DNA of 64,000 bases from Escherichia coli (GTDB lineage: Bacteria; Pseudomonadota; Gammaproteobacteria; Enterobacterales; Enterobacteriaceae). The notes under the pieces were generated by a model. The model saw only the letters and a list, made by a program, of their open reading frames with translations. It had not been told where the DNA came from and ran no database searches. Below, one piece after another: positions 35,088 to 45,939 of this stretch; position 1 is the first letter of the stretch, and each line of letters starts with the position of its first letter. Location: assembly GCF_003018255.1 (NCBI RefSeq), contig NZ_CP027440.1. One strand, given 5' to 3'. The position numbers and the translations under genes are program-made.

Positions 35088-36263
35088 ATGACAAATCAAC
35101 CAACGGAAATTGCCATTGTCGGCGGAGGAATGGTCGGCGGCGCACTGGCGCTGGGACTGGCTCAGCACGGATTTTCGGTAATGGTTATCGAACATGCCCA
35201 ACCTGCACCGTTTGTCGCTGACAGCCAGCCGGACGTGCGGATCTCGGCGATTAGTGCGGCTTCGGTATCATTGCTTAAAGGGTTAGGGGTCTGGGATGCA
35301 GTACAGGCTATGCGTTGCCATCCTTACCGCAGACTGGAAACGTGGGAGTGGGAAACGGCGCATGTGGTGTTTGACGCCGCTGAACTTAAGCTACCGTTGC
35401 TTGGCTACATGGTGGAAAACACTGTCCTGCAACAGGCGTTGTGGCAGGCGCTGGAAGCGCATCCGAAAGTAACGTTACGTGTGCCAACCTCGCTGATTGC
35501 ACTGCATCGCCATAATGATCTTCAGGAGCTGGAACTGAAGGGCGGTGAAACGATCCTCGCGAAGCTGGTGATTGGTGCCGACGGCGCAAATTCGCAGGTG
35601 CGACAGATGGCGGGAATTGGCGTTCATGCCTGGCAGTATGCGCAGTCGTGTATGTTGATTAGCGTACAGTGTGAGAACGATCCCGGCGACAGCACCTGGC
35701 AGCAATTTACCCCGGACGGACCGCGTGCGTTTCTGCCGTTGTTTGATAACTGGGCATCGCTGGTGTGGTATGACTCTCCGGCGCGCATTCGCCAGTTGCA
35801 GAATATGAATATGGCGCAGCTACAGGCGGAAATCGCGAAGCATTTCCCGTCGCGTCTGGGTTACGTGACACCGCTTGCCGCTGGTGCGTTTCCGCTGATA
35901 CGTCGCCATGCGTTGCAGTATGTGCAACCAGGGCTTGCTCTGGTGGGCGATGCCGCGCATACCATCCATCCGCTGGCGGGGCAGGGGGTGAATCTTGGTT
36001 ATCGTGATGTCGATGCCCTGATTGACGTTCTGGTGAACGCCCGCAGCTACGGCGAAGCGTGGGCCAGTTATCCTGTGCTCAAGCGTTACCAGATGCGGCG
36101 TATGGCGGATAACTTTATGATGCAAAGTGGTATGGATCTGTTTTATGCCGGATTCAGCAATAATCTGCCACCGCTGCGTTTTGTGCGTAATCTTGGTTTG
36201 ATGGCGGCGGAGCGTGCTGGCGTGTTGAAACGTAAGGCGCTGAAATATGCGTTAGGGTTGTAG
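35088..36263 (+). CDS. ubiF: ubiquinone biosynthesis hydroxylase UbiF (391 aa)
   Basis: Track ORF starts MTMTNQ; known start MTNQPTEIAIVGGGMVGG (FAD-binding GxGxxG). Confidence 0.9.
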   Translation: MTNQPTEIAIVGGGMVGGALALGLAQHGFSVMVIEHAQPAPFVADSQPDVRISAISAASVSLLKGLGVWDAVQAMRCHPYRRLETWEWETAHVVFDAAELKLPLLGYMVENTVLQQALWQALEAHPKVTLRVPTSLIALHRHNDLQELELKGGETILAKLVIGADGANSQVRQMAGIGVHAWQYAQSCMLISVQCENDPGDSTWQQFTPDGPRAFLPLFDNWASLVWYDSPARIRQLQNMNMAQLQAEIAKHFPSRLGYVTPLAAGAFPLIRRHALQYVQPGLALVGDAAHTIHPLAGQGVNLGYRDVDALIDVLVNARSYGEAWASYPVLKRYQMRRMADNFMMQSGMDLFYAGFSNNLPPLRFVRNLGLMAAERAGVLKRKALKYALGL

Positions 36264-36293
36264 CCTCACAACATTGCTGGATGCATGCCAACC

Positions 36294-36364
36294 GTAGGTC
36301 GGATAAGACGCGGCAGCGTCGCATCCGACTTTGAAGGATAAGACGAGTCAACATCGCATTCGGC
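36294..36364. repeat. REP/BIME-like cluster downstream of ubiF
   Basis: gtaggtcggataagacgcggcagcgtcgcatccgac (36294-36329) resembles the REP consensus; second partial unit 36336-36364. Confidence 0.7.
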
Positions 36365-36385
36365 ATTGAATATACGCAGAAAAGC

Positions 36386-36412
36386 AAAAAGCTCGCCGAG
36401 GCGAGCTTTTTT
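36386..36412. terminator. intrinsic terminator at the tRNA operon 3' end, convergent with ubiF
   Basis: agctcgcc (36390-36397) gag ggcgagct (36401-36408), T6 on plus and U-tract on minus. Confidence 0.8.
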
Positions 36413-36416
36413 AATG

Positions 36417-36491
36417 TGGCTGGGGTACGAGGATTCGAACCTCGGAATGCCGGAATCAGAATCCGGTGCCTTACCGCTTGGCGATACCCCA
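36417..36491 (-). tRNA. glnX: tRNA-Gln (anticodon CUG), 75 nt
   Basis: Full match to the tRNA-Gln cloverleaf with CCA end; anticodon loop UUCUGAU. Confidence 0.95.
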
Positions 36492-36528
36492 ACTGGGTGC
36501 ACTTACAAGGTAAGCGTCTTGAATAAAT

Positions 36529-36603
36529 TGGCTGGGGTACGAGGATTCGAACCTCGGAATGCCGGAATCAGAATCCGGTGCCTTACCGCTTGGCGATACC
36601 CCA
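36529..36603 (-). tRNA. glnV: tRNA-Gln (anticodon CUG), 75 nt
   Basis: Identical copy of the preceding tRNA-Gln(CUG). Confidence 0.95.
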
Positions 36604-36651
36604 ACAAATTGGTTTTTGAATTTGCCGAACATATTCGACACATTCAGAATT

Positions 36652-36728
36652 TGGTGGCTACGACGGGATTCGAACCTGTGACCCCATCATTATGAGTGAT
36701 GTGCTCTAACCAACTGAGCTACGTAGCC
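36652..36728 (-). tRNA. metU: tRNA-Met elongator (anticodon CAU), 77 nt
   Basis: Match to GGCUACGUAGCUCAGUUGGUUAGAGC...CCA, anticodon loop CUCAUAA. Confidence 0.95.
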
Positions 36729-36743
36729 AGATTGTTTCTTCGA

Positions 36744-36818
36744 TGGCTGGGGTACCTGGATTCGAACCAGGGAATGCCGGTATCAAAAACCGGTGCCTTA
36801 CCGCTTGGCGATACCCCA
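36744..36818 (-). tRNA. glnW: tRNA-Gln (anticodon UUG), 75 nt
   Basis: tRNA-Gln body with anticodon loop UUUUGAU. Confidence 0.95.
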
Positions 36819-36852
36819 ATAACCGGGCGGTGAACCGCTTATTCGAAGAATA

Positions 36853-36927
36853 TGGCTGGGGTACCTGGATTCGAACCAGGGAATGCCGGTATCAAAAACC
36901 GGTGCCTTACCGCTTGGCGATACCCCA
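36853..36927 (-). tRNA. glnU: tRNA-Gln (anticodon UUG), 75 nt
   Basis: Identical copy of the preceding tRNA-Gln(UUG). Confidence 0.95.
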
Positions 36928-36950
36928 TCCGTACAACGCTTTCTGGTGAA

Positions 36951-37035
36951 TGGTGCGGGAGGCGAGACTTGAACTCGCACACCTTGCGGCGCCAGAACCT
37001 AAATCTGGTGCGTCTACCAATTTCGCCACTCCCGC
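36951..37035 (-). tRNA. leuW: tRNA-Leu (anticodon UAG), 85 nt
   Basis: Long-variable-arm class II tRNA, anticodon loop AUUUAGG, CCA end. Confidence 0.95.
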
Positions 37036-37043
37036 AAAAAAGA

Positions 37044-37120
37044 TGGTGGCTACGACGGGATTCGAACCTGTGACCCCATCATTATGAGTGATGTGCTCTA
37101 ACCAACTGAGCTACGTAGCC
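37044..37120 (-). tRNA. metT: tRNA-Met elongator (anticodon CAU), 77 nt
   Basis: Identical to metU; first tRNA of the operon. Confidence 0.95.
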
Positions 37121-37153
37121 ATCTTTTTTTTCGCGATACCTTATCGGCGTTGC

Positions 37154-37195
37154 GGGGCGCATTATGCGTATAGAGCCTTGCAGCGTCAACCTCTT
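37154..37195 (-). promoter_or_regulatory. candidate sigma70 promoter of the metT tRNA operon
   Basis: Minus-strand -35 TTGACG (37184-37189), 17-nt spacer, -10 CATAAT (37161-37166), GC-rich discriminator GCGCCCCGC, A/T-rich upstream. Confidence 0.55.
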
Positions 37196-37465
37196 TTTCA
37201 AGGAAAATTGCTCGAAAGTGACTGTTTGGTTAGGTTGCGAACAGCATGGCGCTATATTCGTCAATTATTGTTTACTTTGTGTTTTTTCCCCACCCTACAG
37301 CCATTCTTTTGTCATACAGGATGAAATTCGGAATTCAACAATAGTGGTGGGAAATTAATCTATGAAATACTGGCCTACAGTAATGAGTTGTCAAACAGCG
37401 ATGTGGCAAACCCGGAACATTTCCTTACTGCATATCAGAATCAACAAGCGCCCCAGTAACTGAAA

Positions 37466-37490
37466 TTGCCCCGGATTTCTCCGGGGCAAT
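37466..37490 (-). terminator. terminator-like hairpin just downstream of asnB
   Basis: gccccgga (37468-37475) tttc tccggggc (37480-37487); flanking U-tract is weak. Confidence 0.55.
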
Positions 37491-37500
37491 ATTACACGTC

Positions 37501-39165
37501 TTATTTATATGCCGACTGGTGAACGCCAACCGCGCGACCAGACGGATCGTCCATTTTCTTGAACGCTTCATCCCACTCAATCGCTTTAGCGGAAGAACAA
37601 GCGACGGAAGGACCGCCCGGCACGCACTCAGCGGCGCTCGGAAGCGGGAACAATTCTTCAAAGATCTCCCGGTACAGATACGCTTCTTTTGAGGTCGGCG
37701 TGTTGTACGGGAAGCGGAAGCGGGCAGTTTCCAGCTGTTGATCAGACACCTGCTGCGCTGCCACTTCTTTCAGGGTGTCGATCCAACTGTAACCGACGCC
37801 ATCGGAGAACTGCTCTTTTTGCCGCCAGGCCACGCTTGCAGGCAGATACGCTTCAAAACATTCACGCAGGATGTGTTTTTCCATTTTGCCGTTACCGCAC
37901 ATTTTATCCTGTGGGTTAATGCGCATCGCCACATCAAGGAATTTTTTGTCGAGGAACGGAACGCGTGCTTCCACGCCCCAGGCTGACATCGCTTTGTTGG
38001 CACGCGCGCAGTCATACATATGCAGGGCCAGCAGTTTACGCACCGTCTCTTCATGCAACTCTTTAGCGTTCGGCGCTTTGTGGAAGTATAGATAACCGCC
38101 AAACACTTCGTCAGAACCTTCACCGGACAGCACCATTTTAATGCCCATCGCCTTGATCTTACGCGACATTAAATACATCGGTGTTGAAGCGCGAATAGTG
38201 GTCACATCATAAGTTTCGATGTGGTAAATCACGTCGCGGATGGCATCCAGACCTTCCTGTACAGTGAAGTGAATTTCGTGATGCACCGTGCCCAGATGGT
38301 TTGCCACTTCCTGGGCTGCTTTCAGATCCGGTGAGCCCGGCAGACCTACAGCAAAGGAGTGCAACTGCGGCCACCAGGCTTCAGAGCGTTCCTGATCTTC
38401 CACGCGACGGGCGGCGTATTTCTTGGTGATAGCGGAAATAATTGAGGAATCCAGACCACCAGAAAGCAGCACACCGTAAGGCACATCAGACATCAGATGG
38501 CTTTTAACGGAATCTTCCAGTGCCTGACGCAGCTCGTTTTTGTCGGTCACGTTATCTTTCACCGCATCGTAGTCGAACCAGTCGCGATGATAATAAGAAC
38601 GGATTTCGCCGTCCTGACTCCACAAATAGCTCCCCGCCGGAAACTCTTTAATCGTGCGGCAAACTGGCACGAGGGCTTTCATTTCTGAGGCCACATACAG
38701 CTGACCGTGTTCGTCATAGCCCATATACAGTGGGATGATCCCCAGATGGTCGCGACCAATCAGATATGCATCTTTTTCGCTGTCGTACAGGGCAAAGGCA
38801 AACATGCCCTGCAAGTCGTCGAGAAATTCCGGCCCTTTTTCCTGATACAGCGCGAGGATCACTTCACAGTCAGACCCGGTCTGGAACTGGTAACGATCGC
38901 CATATTCAGCGCGCAATGCCTGGTGGTTGTAGATTTCACCGTTTACTGCCAGCACATGAGTTTTTTGTTGGTTGTAGAGAGGTTGCGCCCCCGCGTTAAC
39001 GTCAACAATTGACAGACGTTCGTGGGCGAGGATGGCGTTATCGCTGGCATAAATACCGGACCAGTCCGGGCCACGATGACGCATCAGGCGTGACAGCTCG
39101 AGTGCTTTCTTACGCAGCTCAACTGCGTCTGTTTTGATATCGAATACGCCAAAAATTGAACACAT
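37501..39165 (-). CDS. asnB: asparagine synthetase B (554 aa)
   Basis: ORF track; N-terminal MCSIFGV (Cys2 glutaminase nucleophile). Confidence 0.96.
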   Translation of the reverse strand: MCSIFGVFDIKTDAVELRKKALELSRLMRHRGPDWSGIYASDNAILAHERLSIVDVNAGAQPLYNQQKTHVLAVNGEIYNHQALRAEYGDRYQFQTGSDCEVILALYQEKGPEFLDDLQGMFAFALYDSEKDAYLIGRDHLGIIPLYMGYDEHGQLYVASEMKALVPVCRTIKEFPAGSYLWSQDGEIRSYYHRDWFDYDAVKDNVTDKNELRQALEDSVKSHLMSDVPYGVLLSGGLDSSIISAITKKYAARRVEDQERSEAWWPQLHSFAVGLPGSPDLKAAQEVANHLGTVHHEIHFTVQEGLDAIRDVIYHIETYDVTTIRASTPMYLMSRKIKAMGIKMVLSGEGSDEVFGGYLYFHKAPNAKELHEETVRKLLALHMYDCARANKAMSAWGVEARVPFLDKKFLDVAMRINPQDKMCGNGKMEKHILRECFEAYLPASVAWRQKEQFSDGVGYSWIDTLKEVAAQQVSDQQLETARFRFPYNTPTSKEAYLYREIFEELFPLPSAAECVPGGPSVACSSAKAIEWDEAFKKMDDPSGRAVGVHQSAYK

Positions 39166-39383
39166 AACCTTCTCCGTTAACCTGGTGTTTACTGCGTGTT
39201 GTGTTTACTTGTTAAAAAAATGCCGCAAAGCAGCACGGTGCGCAAGCGATTTGGCAGTGGAAAAATAAAAAACGTAATGGCGATTGCTGATTGATGAAAA
39301 AGGGGAGGGCTTTTGGGTATATTTATTGATGGATCGATAATTTTTGACGGGTTTTATTGAATGGGGTGATTTTAATGATGGGT

Positions 39384-39415
39384 AAAAATAAGAAACCACG
39401 CCCTGAGGCGTGGTT
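39384..39415 (-). terminator. intrinsic terminator downstream of nagD
   Basis: aaccacgc (39394-39401) / gcgtggtt (39408-39415), U-rich tract on the minus strand (plus 39384-39393). Confidence 0.7.
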
Positions 39416-39420
39416 GCTAT

Positions 39421-40173
39421 TCAGATAACGTCGATTTCAGCGACCGATGGGTAAATCCAACTTGGGCGGAACGGCATACTGTCGATATCGTCGAGTGACG
39501 AAACACCAGAAAGCACCAGAATCGTCTCCAGACCGGCCTGGAAGCCCGCCAGAATATCGGTACGCAAGTTATCGCCGACAATCACCGTTTCTTCCGAATG
39601 CGCCTGCATTTTGTTTAATGCCGCGCGGATGATCCACGGACTCGGCTTTCCAACATAGAACGGTTTGCGCCCGGAGATTTTCTCGATCCCTGCACACAAC
39701 GCGCCACAGGCGGGATAAAAACCGCGCCCGTGGGTGTCCGGGTTGGTGGCGATAAAGCGTGCGCCGTTAGCGACGAAATAGGCTGCTTTATGCATCATGT
39801 CCCAGTTGTAGGAACGCGTTTCGCCAACAATCACAAAATCAGGGTTCACATCGGTAATAGTGAAACCGGCTTTGTACAGTTCATGAATCAGTGCGCCTTC
39901 GCCCACCACATACGCTTTCTTGCCTTCCTGGCGACGCAGGAAATCGGCGGTCGCCATCGCGGAGGTATAAAACACGCTATCCGGTACATCGACACCGGCA
40001 GTGGCAAAGCGATTCGCCAGATCTTGCCCGGTCTGCGAAGGATAGTTGGTCAGCAACACCAGCGGCAGGCCTTTATCCATAATCCCGTGCAAAAATTCCG
40101 CTGCACCCGGTACGGCGACGTTATCGTGCATCAGCACGCCGTCGATATCGCAAATTACATTTTTAATGGTCAT
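39421..40173 (-). CDS. nagD: UMP phosphatase NagD/UmpH (250 aa)
   Basis: ORF track; HAD motif DIDGVL. Confidence 0.93.
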   Translation of the reverse strand: MTIKNVICDIDGVLMHDNVAVPGAAEFLHGIMDKGLPLVLLTNYPSQTGQDLANRFATAGVDVPDSVFYTSAMATADFLRRQEGKKAYVVGEGALIHELYKAGFTITDVNPDFVIVGETRSYNWDMMHKAAYFVANGARFIATNPDTHGRGFYPACGALCAGIEKISGRKPFYVGKPSPWIIRAALNKMQAHSEETVIVGDNLRTDILAGFQAGLETILVLSGVSSLDDIDSMPFRPSWIYPSVAEIDVI

Positions 40174-40220
40174 GGACTACCCAGAATATTGACAACAATA
40201 AGCGCCACTATAAAAGCACA

Positions 40221-41441
40221 TTAATTTTCCAGCAAATGCTGGAGCAAAATACCGTTGAGCATGGCGCGTTTTACCAGCGCAAAAGCGCCGATTGCTGAGC
40301 GGTGATCCAACTCAGAACGTACCACCGGTAGATTAGTACGAAACGCCTTCAGCGCCTGGGTATTAATGCAGCTTTCAATAGCAGGGAGCAGCACTTTATC
40401 GGCTTCGGTGATTTCTCCAGCAATAACAATTTTTTGCGGATTAAATAAGTTGATAGCAATGGCGATGGTTTTACCCAGATGACGACCGACATATTCAATC
40501 ACTTCCGAGGCCAGGCTATCGCCTTTGTTCGCGGCTTTGCAGATAGTTTTGATGGTGCAGTCGTCCAGTGGCACACGGCTCTGGTAGCCCTGCTTTAACA
40601 GATTCAACACCCGTTGTTCAATGGCAGCATTGGCGGCGATAGTTTCCAGGCAGCCAAAGTTGCCGCAGTGGCAGCGTTCACCCAGCGGTTCGACCTGAAT
40701 ATGGCCAATTTCACCGACGTTGCCGTTGCGCCCGATAAAAATTCGCCCGTTAGAGATAATCCCGGCCCCGGTTCCGCGATGGACACGCACCAGAATGGAG
40801 TCTTCGCAATCCTGACTTGCACCGAAGTAGTGCTCTGCCAGCGCCAGACTGCGGATATCGTGGCCGACAAAACAGGTCACTTTAAAACGCTCTTCCAGTG
40901 CTTCAACCAGCCCCCAGTTTTCTACCTGAATATGCGGCATGTAATGAATTTTGCCGCTGTCCGGGTCTACAAGCCCTGGCAGGATCACCGAAATCGCGAT
41001 CAGCTCGCGTAGCTTGCGCTGGTAGCTATCAATAAACTGAGCAATGGCATTCAGCAGGGCATGTTCCAGCGTCTGCTGGGTACGTTCCGGCAGCGGGTAA
41101 TGTTCTTCTGCCAGCACTTTGCTGCTGAGATCAAACAAGGTGATGGTGGCGTCGTGACGACCAAGCCGTACGCCGATTGCGTGGAAATTGCGGGTTTCGG
41201 TGACGATGGAGATAGCGCGGCGGCCCCCGGTGGAGGCCTGCTGATCAACTTCTTTGATCAGCCCGCGTTCGATAAGCTGACGCGTAATTTTGGTTACGCT
41301 GGCGGGGGCAAGCTGACTTTGCTCGGCAATCTGAATCCGCGAGATTGGCCCGTACTGGTCAATCAGGCGATAAACCGCCGCGCTGTTAAGCTGTTTTACG
41401 AGATCAACATTACCTATCTGAGCTTGTCCGCCTGGTGTCAT
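40221..41441 (-). CDS. nagC: N-acetylglucosamine repressor NagC (406 aa)
   Basis: ORF track; ROK-family protein with N-terminal HTH. Confidence 0.95.
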   Translation of the reverse strand: MTPGGQAQIGNVDLVKQLNSAAVYRLIDQYGPISRIQIAEQSQLAPASVTKITRQLIERGLIKEVDQQASTGGRRAISIVTETRNFHAIGVRLGRHDATITLFDLSSKVLAEEHYPLPERTQQTLEHALLNAIAQFIDSYQRKLRELIAISVILPGLVDPDSGKIHYMPHIQVENWGLVEALEERFKVTCFVGHDIRSLALAEHYFGASQDCEDSILVRVHRGTGAGIISNGRIFIGRNGNVGEIGHIQVEPLGERCHCGNFGCLETIAANAAIEQRVLNLLKQGYQSRVPLDDCTIKTICKAANKGDSLASEVIEYVGRHLGKTIAIAINLFNPQKIVIAGEITEADKVLLPAIESCINTQALKAFRTNLPVVRSELDHRSAIGAFALVKRAMLNGILLQHLLEN

Positions 41442-41449
41442 ACTTTCTC

Positions 41450-43458
<2,009 letters not shown>

Positions 43459-43614
43459 TATTCACCTCAATAAGTAAAATGTAAGCCGTTGGCGGATTAG
43501 GCATCTTTAAGCGTAACCTGGATTTGCGCAGACAGGCGTCAATCCGACCTGATTTTTTGAATGATAAAATAAGTTTTCTGGTTTAGCCAGTAAAAGGGAG
43601 TGATGATAACGATA

Positions 43615-43636
43615 TTTGGTGACAAAACTCACAAAA
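43615..43636. promoter_or_regulatory. candidate CRP site in the nagB-nagE divergent control region
   Basis: GGTGA-caaaac-TCACA (43618-43633), 6-nt spacer. Confidence 0.5.
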
Positions 43637-43644
43637 GACACGCG

Positions 43645-43667
43645 TTTAATTTGCGATACGAATTAAA
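43645..43667. promoter_or_regulatory. candidate NagC operator (nagE-proximal)
   Basis: AT-rich 23-bp palindrome tttaatt-tgcgatacg-aattaaa, 124 bp upstream of the nagE ATG. Confidence 0.5.
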
Positions 43668-43790
43668 TTTTCACACACTCTGTAGCAGATGATCTAACAA
43701 TCTGATTACAGAACATCGGCAGTACAATTTGCAGCAAAATAAAAATACGGCTTTAAACGAGCCAAATAGGGTTCTCGTAGGGGGAATAAG

Positions 43791-45737
43791 ATGAATATTT
43801 TAGGTTTTTTCCAGCGACTAGGTAGGGCGTTACAGCTCCCTATCGCGGTGCTGCCGGTGGCGGCGCTGTTGCTGCGATTCGGTCAGCCAGATTTACTTAA
43901 CGTTGCGTTTATTGCCCAGGCGGGCGGTGCGATTTTTGATAACCTCGCATTAATCTTCGCCATCGGCGTGGCATCCAGCTGGTCGAAAGACAGCGCAGGT
44001 GCGGCGGCACTGGCGGGTGCGGTAGGTTACTTTGTGTTAACCAAAGCGATGGTGACCATCAACCCAGAAATTAACATGGGTGTACTGGCGGGTATCATTA
44101 CCGGTCTGGTCGGTGGTGCAGCCTATAACCGTTGGTCCGATATTAAACTGCCGGACTTCCTGAGCTTCTTCGGCGGCAAACGCTTTGTGCCGATTGCCAC
44201 CGGCTTCTTCTGCCTGGTGCTGGCGGCCATTTTTGGTTACGTCTGGCCGCCGGTACAGCACGCTATCCATGCAGGCGGCGAGTGGATCGTTTCTGCGGGC
44301 GCGCTGGGTTCCGGTATCTTTGGTTTCATCAACCGTCTGCTGATCCCAACCGGTCTGCATCAGGTACTGAACACCATCGCCTGGTTCCAGATTGGTGAAT
44401 TCACCAACGCGGCGGGTACGGTTTTCCACGGCGACATTAACCGCTTCTATGCCGGTGACGGCACCGCGGGGATGTTCATGTCCGGCTTCTTCCCGATCAT
44501 GATGTTCGGTCTGCCGGGTGCGGCGCTGGCGATGTACTTTGCAGCACCGAAAGAGCGTCGTCCGATGGTTGGCGGTATGCTGCTTTCTGTTGCTGTTACT
44601 GCGTTCCTGACCGGTGTGACTGAGCCGCTGGAATTCCTGTTCATGTTCCTTGCGCCGCTGCTGTACCTCCTGCACGCACTGCTGACCGGTATCAGCCTGT
44701 TTGTGGCAACGCTGCTGGGTATCCACGCGGGCTTCTCCTTCTCTGCGGGGGCTATCGACTACGCGTTGATGTATAACCTGCCGGCCGCCAGCCAGAACGT
44801 CTGGATGCTGCTGGTGATGGGTGTTGTCTTCTTCGCTATCTACTTCGTGGTGTTCAGTTTGGTTATCCGCATGTTCAACCTGAAAACGCCGGGCCGTGAA
44901 GATAAAGAAGACGAGATCGTTACTGAAGAAGCCAACAGCAACACGGAAGAAGGTCTCAATCAACTGGCAACCAACTATATTGCTGCGGTTGGCGGTACTG
45001 ACAACCTGAAAGCCATTGACGCCTGTATTACTCGTCTGCGCCTTACCGTGGTTGACTCAGCTCGCGTCAACGATGTGATGTGTAAACGTCTGGGGGCTTC
45101 TGGGGTAGTAAAACTGAACAAACAGACTATTCAGGTGATTGTGGGCGCGAAAGCAGAATCCATCGGCGATGCGATGAAGAAAGTCGTTGCCCGTGGTCCG
45201 GTAGCCGCTGCGTCAGCTGAAACTGCGCCTGCAACTGCCGCGCCTGTAGCAAAACCGCAGGCTGTACCAAACGCGGTGTCTATCGCGGAGCTGGTATCGC
45301 CGATTACCGGTGATGTTGTGGCACTGGATCAGGTTCCTGACGAAGCATTCGCCAGCAAAGCGGTGGGTGACGGTGTGGCGGTGAAACCGACAGATAAAAT
45401 CGTCGTATCACCAGCCGCAGGGACAATCGTGAAAATCTTCAACACCAACCACGCGTTCTGTCTGGAAACCGAAAAAGGCGCGGAGATCGTCGTCCATATG
45501 GGTATCGACACCGTAGCGCTGGAAGGTAAAGGCTTTAAACGTCTGGTGGAAGAGGGCGCGCAGGTAAGCGCAGGACAACCGATTCTGGAAATGGATCTGG
45601 ATTACCTGAACGCTAACGCCCGCTCGATGATTAGCCCGGTGGTTTGCAGCAATATCGACGATTTCAGCGGCCTGATCATTAAAGCTCAGGGCCATGTTGT
45701 GGCGGGTCAAACACCGCTGTATGAAATCAAAAAGTAA
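43791..45737 (+). CDS. nagE: PTS N-acetylglucosamine transporter EIICBA NagE (648 aa)
   Basis: ORF track; recognised sequence. Confidence 0.95.
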   Translation: MNILGFFQRLGRALQLPIAVLPVAALLLRFGQPDLLNVAFIAQAGGAIFDNLALIFAIGVASSWSKDSAGAAALAGAVGYFVLTKAMVTINPEINMGVLAGIITGLVGGAAYNRWSDIKLPDFLSFFGGKRFVPIATGFFCLVLAAIFGYVWPPVQHAIHAGGEWIVSAGALGSGIFGFINRLLIPTGLHQVLNTIAWFQIGEFTNAAGTVFHGDINRFYAGDGTAGMFMSGFFPIMMFGLPGAALAMYFAAPKERRPMVGGMLLSVAVTAFLTGVTEPLEFLFMFLAPLLYLLHALLTGISLFVATLLGIHAGFSFSAGAIDYALMYNLPAASQNVWMLLVMGVVFFAIYFVVFSLVIRMFNLKTPGREDKEDEIVTEEANSNTEEGLNQLATNYIAAVGGTDNLKAIDACITRLRLTVVDSARVNDVMCKRLGASGVVKLNKQTIQVIVGAKAESIGDAMKKVVARGPVAAASAETAPATAAPVAKPQAVPNAVSIAELVSPITGDVVALDQVPDEAFASKAVGDGVAVKPTDKIVVSPAAGTIVKIFNTNHAFCLETEKGAEIVVHMGIDTVALEGKGFKRLVEEGAQVSAGQPILEMDLDYLNANARSMISPVVCSNIDDFSGLIIKAQGHVVAGQTPLYEIKK

Positions 45738-45747
45738 TCTGCTTTAT

Positions 45748-45776
45748 GCCTGATGCGACGCTTGAGCGTCGCATCC
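45748..45776. repeat. REP-like palindromic unit downstream of nagE
   Basis: gatgcgacgc (45752-45761) ttga gcgtcgcatc (45766-45775). Confidence 0.6.
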
Positions 45777-45785
45777 AACAATGAC

Positions 45786-45819
45786 AAGCGGTGGAGATCT
45801 TCTCTGCCGCTTTTTTTTT
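45786..45819 (+). terminator. terminator downstream of nagE
   Basis: aagcgg (45786-45791) / ccgctt (45807-45812) then a T9 run to 45819. Confidence 0.6.
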
Positions 45820-45939
45820 CATCAATCATCCCCATAATCTCAGTGAGATTTTCGATTTTCACTAACTAACAGTTGTCAGCCTGTCCCGCTTATAAGATCA
45901 TACGCCGTTATACGTTGTTTACGCTTTGAGGAATCCACG

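Noticed and set aside
36366-37324. Several 60-110-aa ORFs across the tRNA array
   Set aside because: They overlap seven tRNA genes and their spacers; the repeated tRNA sequence creates open frames by chance.
39205-39399. 64-aa ORF in the asnB-nagD spacer
   Set aside because: No SD; low-complexity sequence; the region is better explained as the asnB promoter and nagD terminator.
44037-44963. 308-aa minus-strand ORF inside nagE
   Set aside because: Antisense to nagE; compositionally biased; no independent support. The same applies to 53245..54282 (antisense pgm), 13799..14608 (antisense mrdA), 6954..7802 (antisense lipA), 34100..34738 (antisense miaB), 46204..46785 (antisense glnS) and 48846..49535 (antisense chiP).
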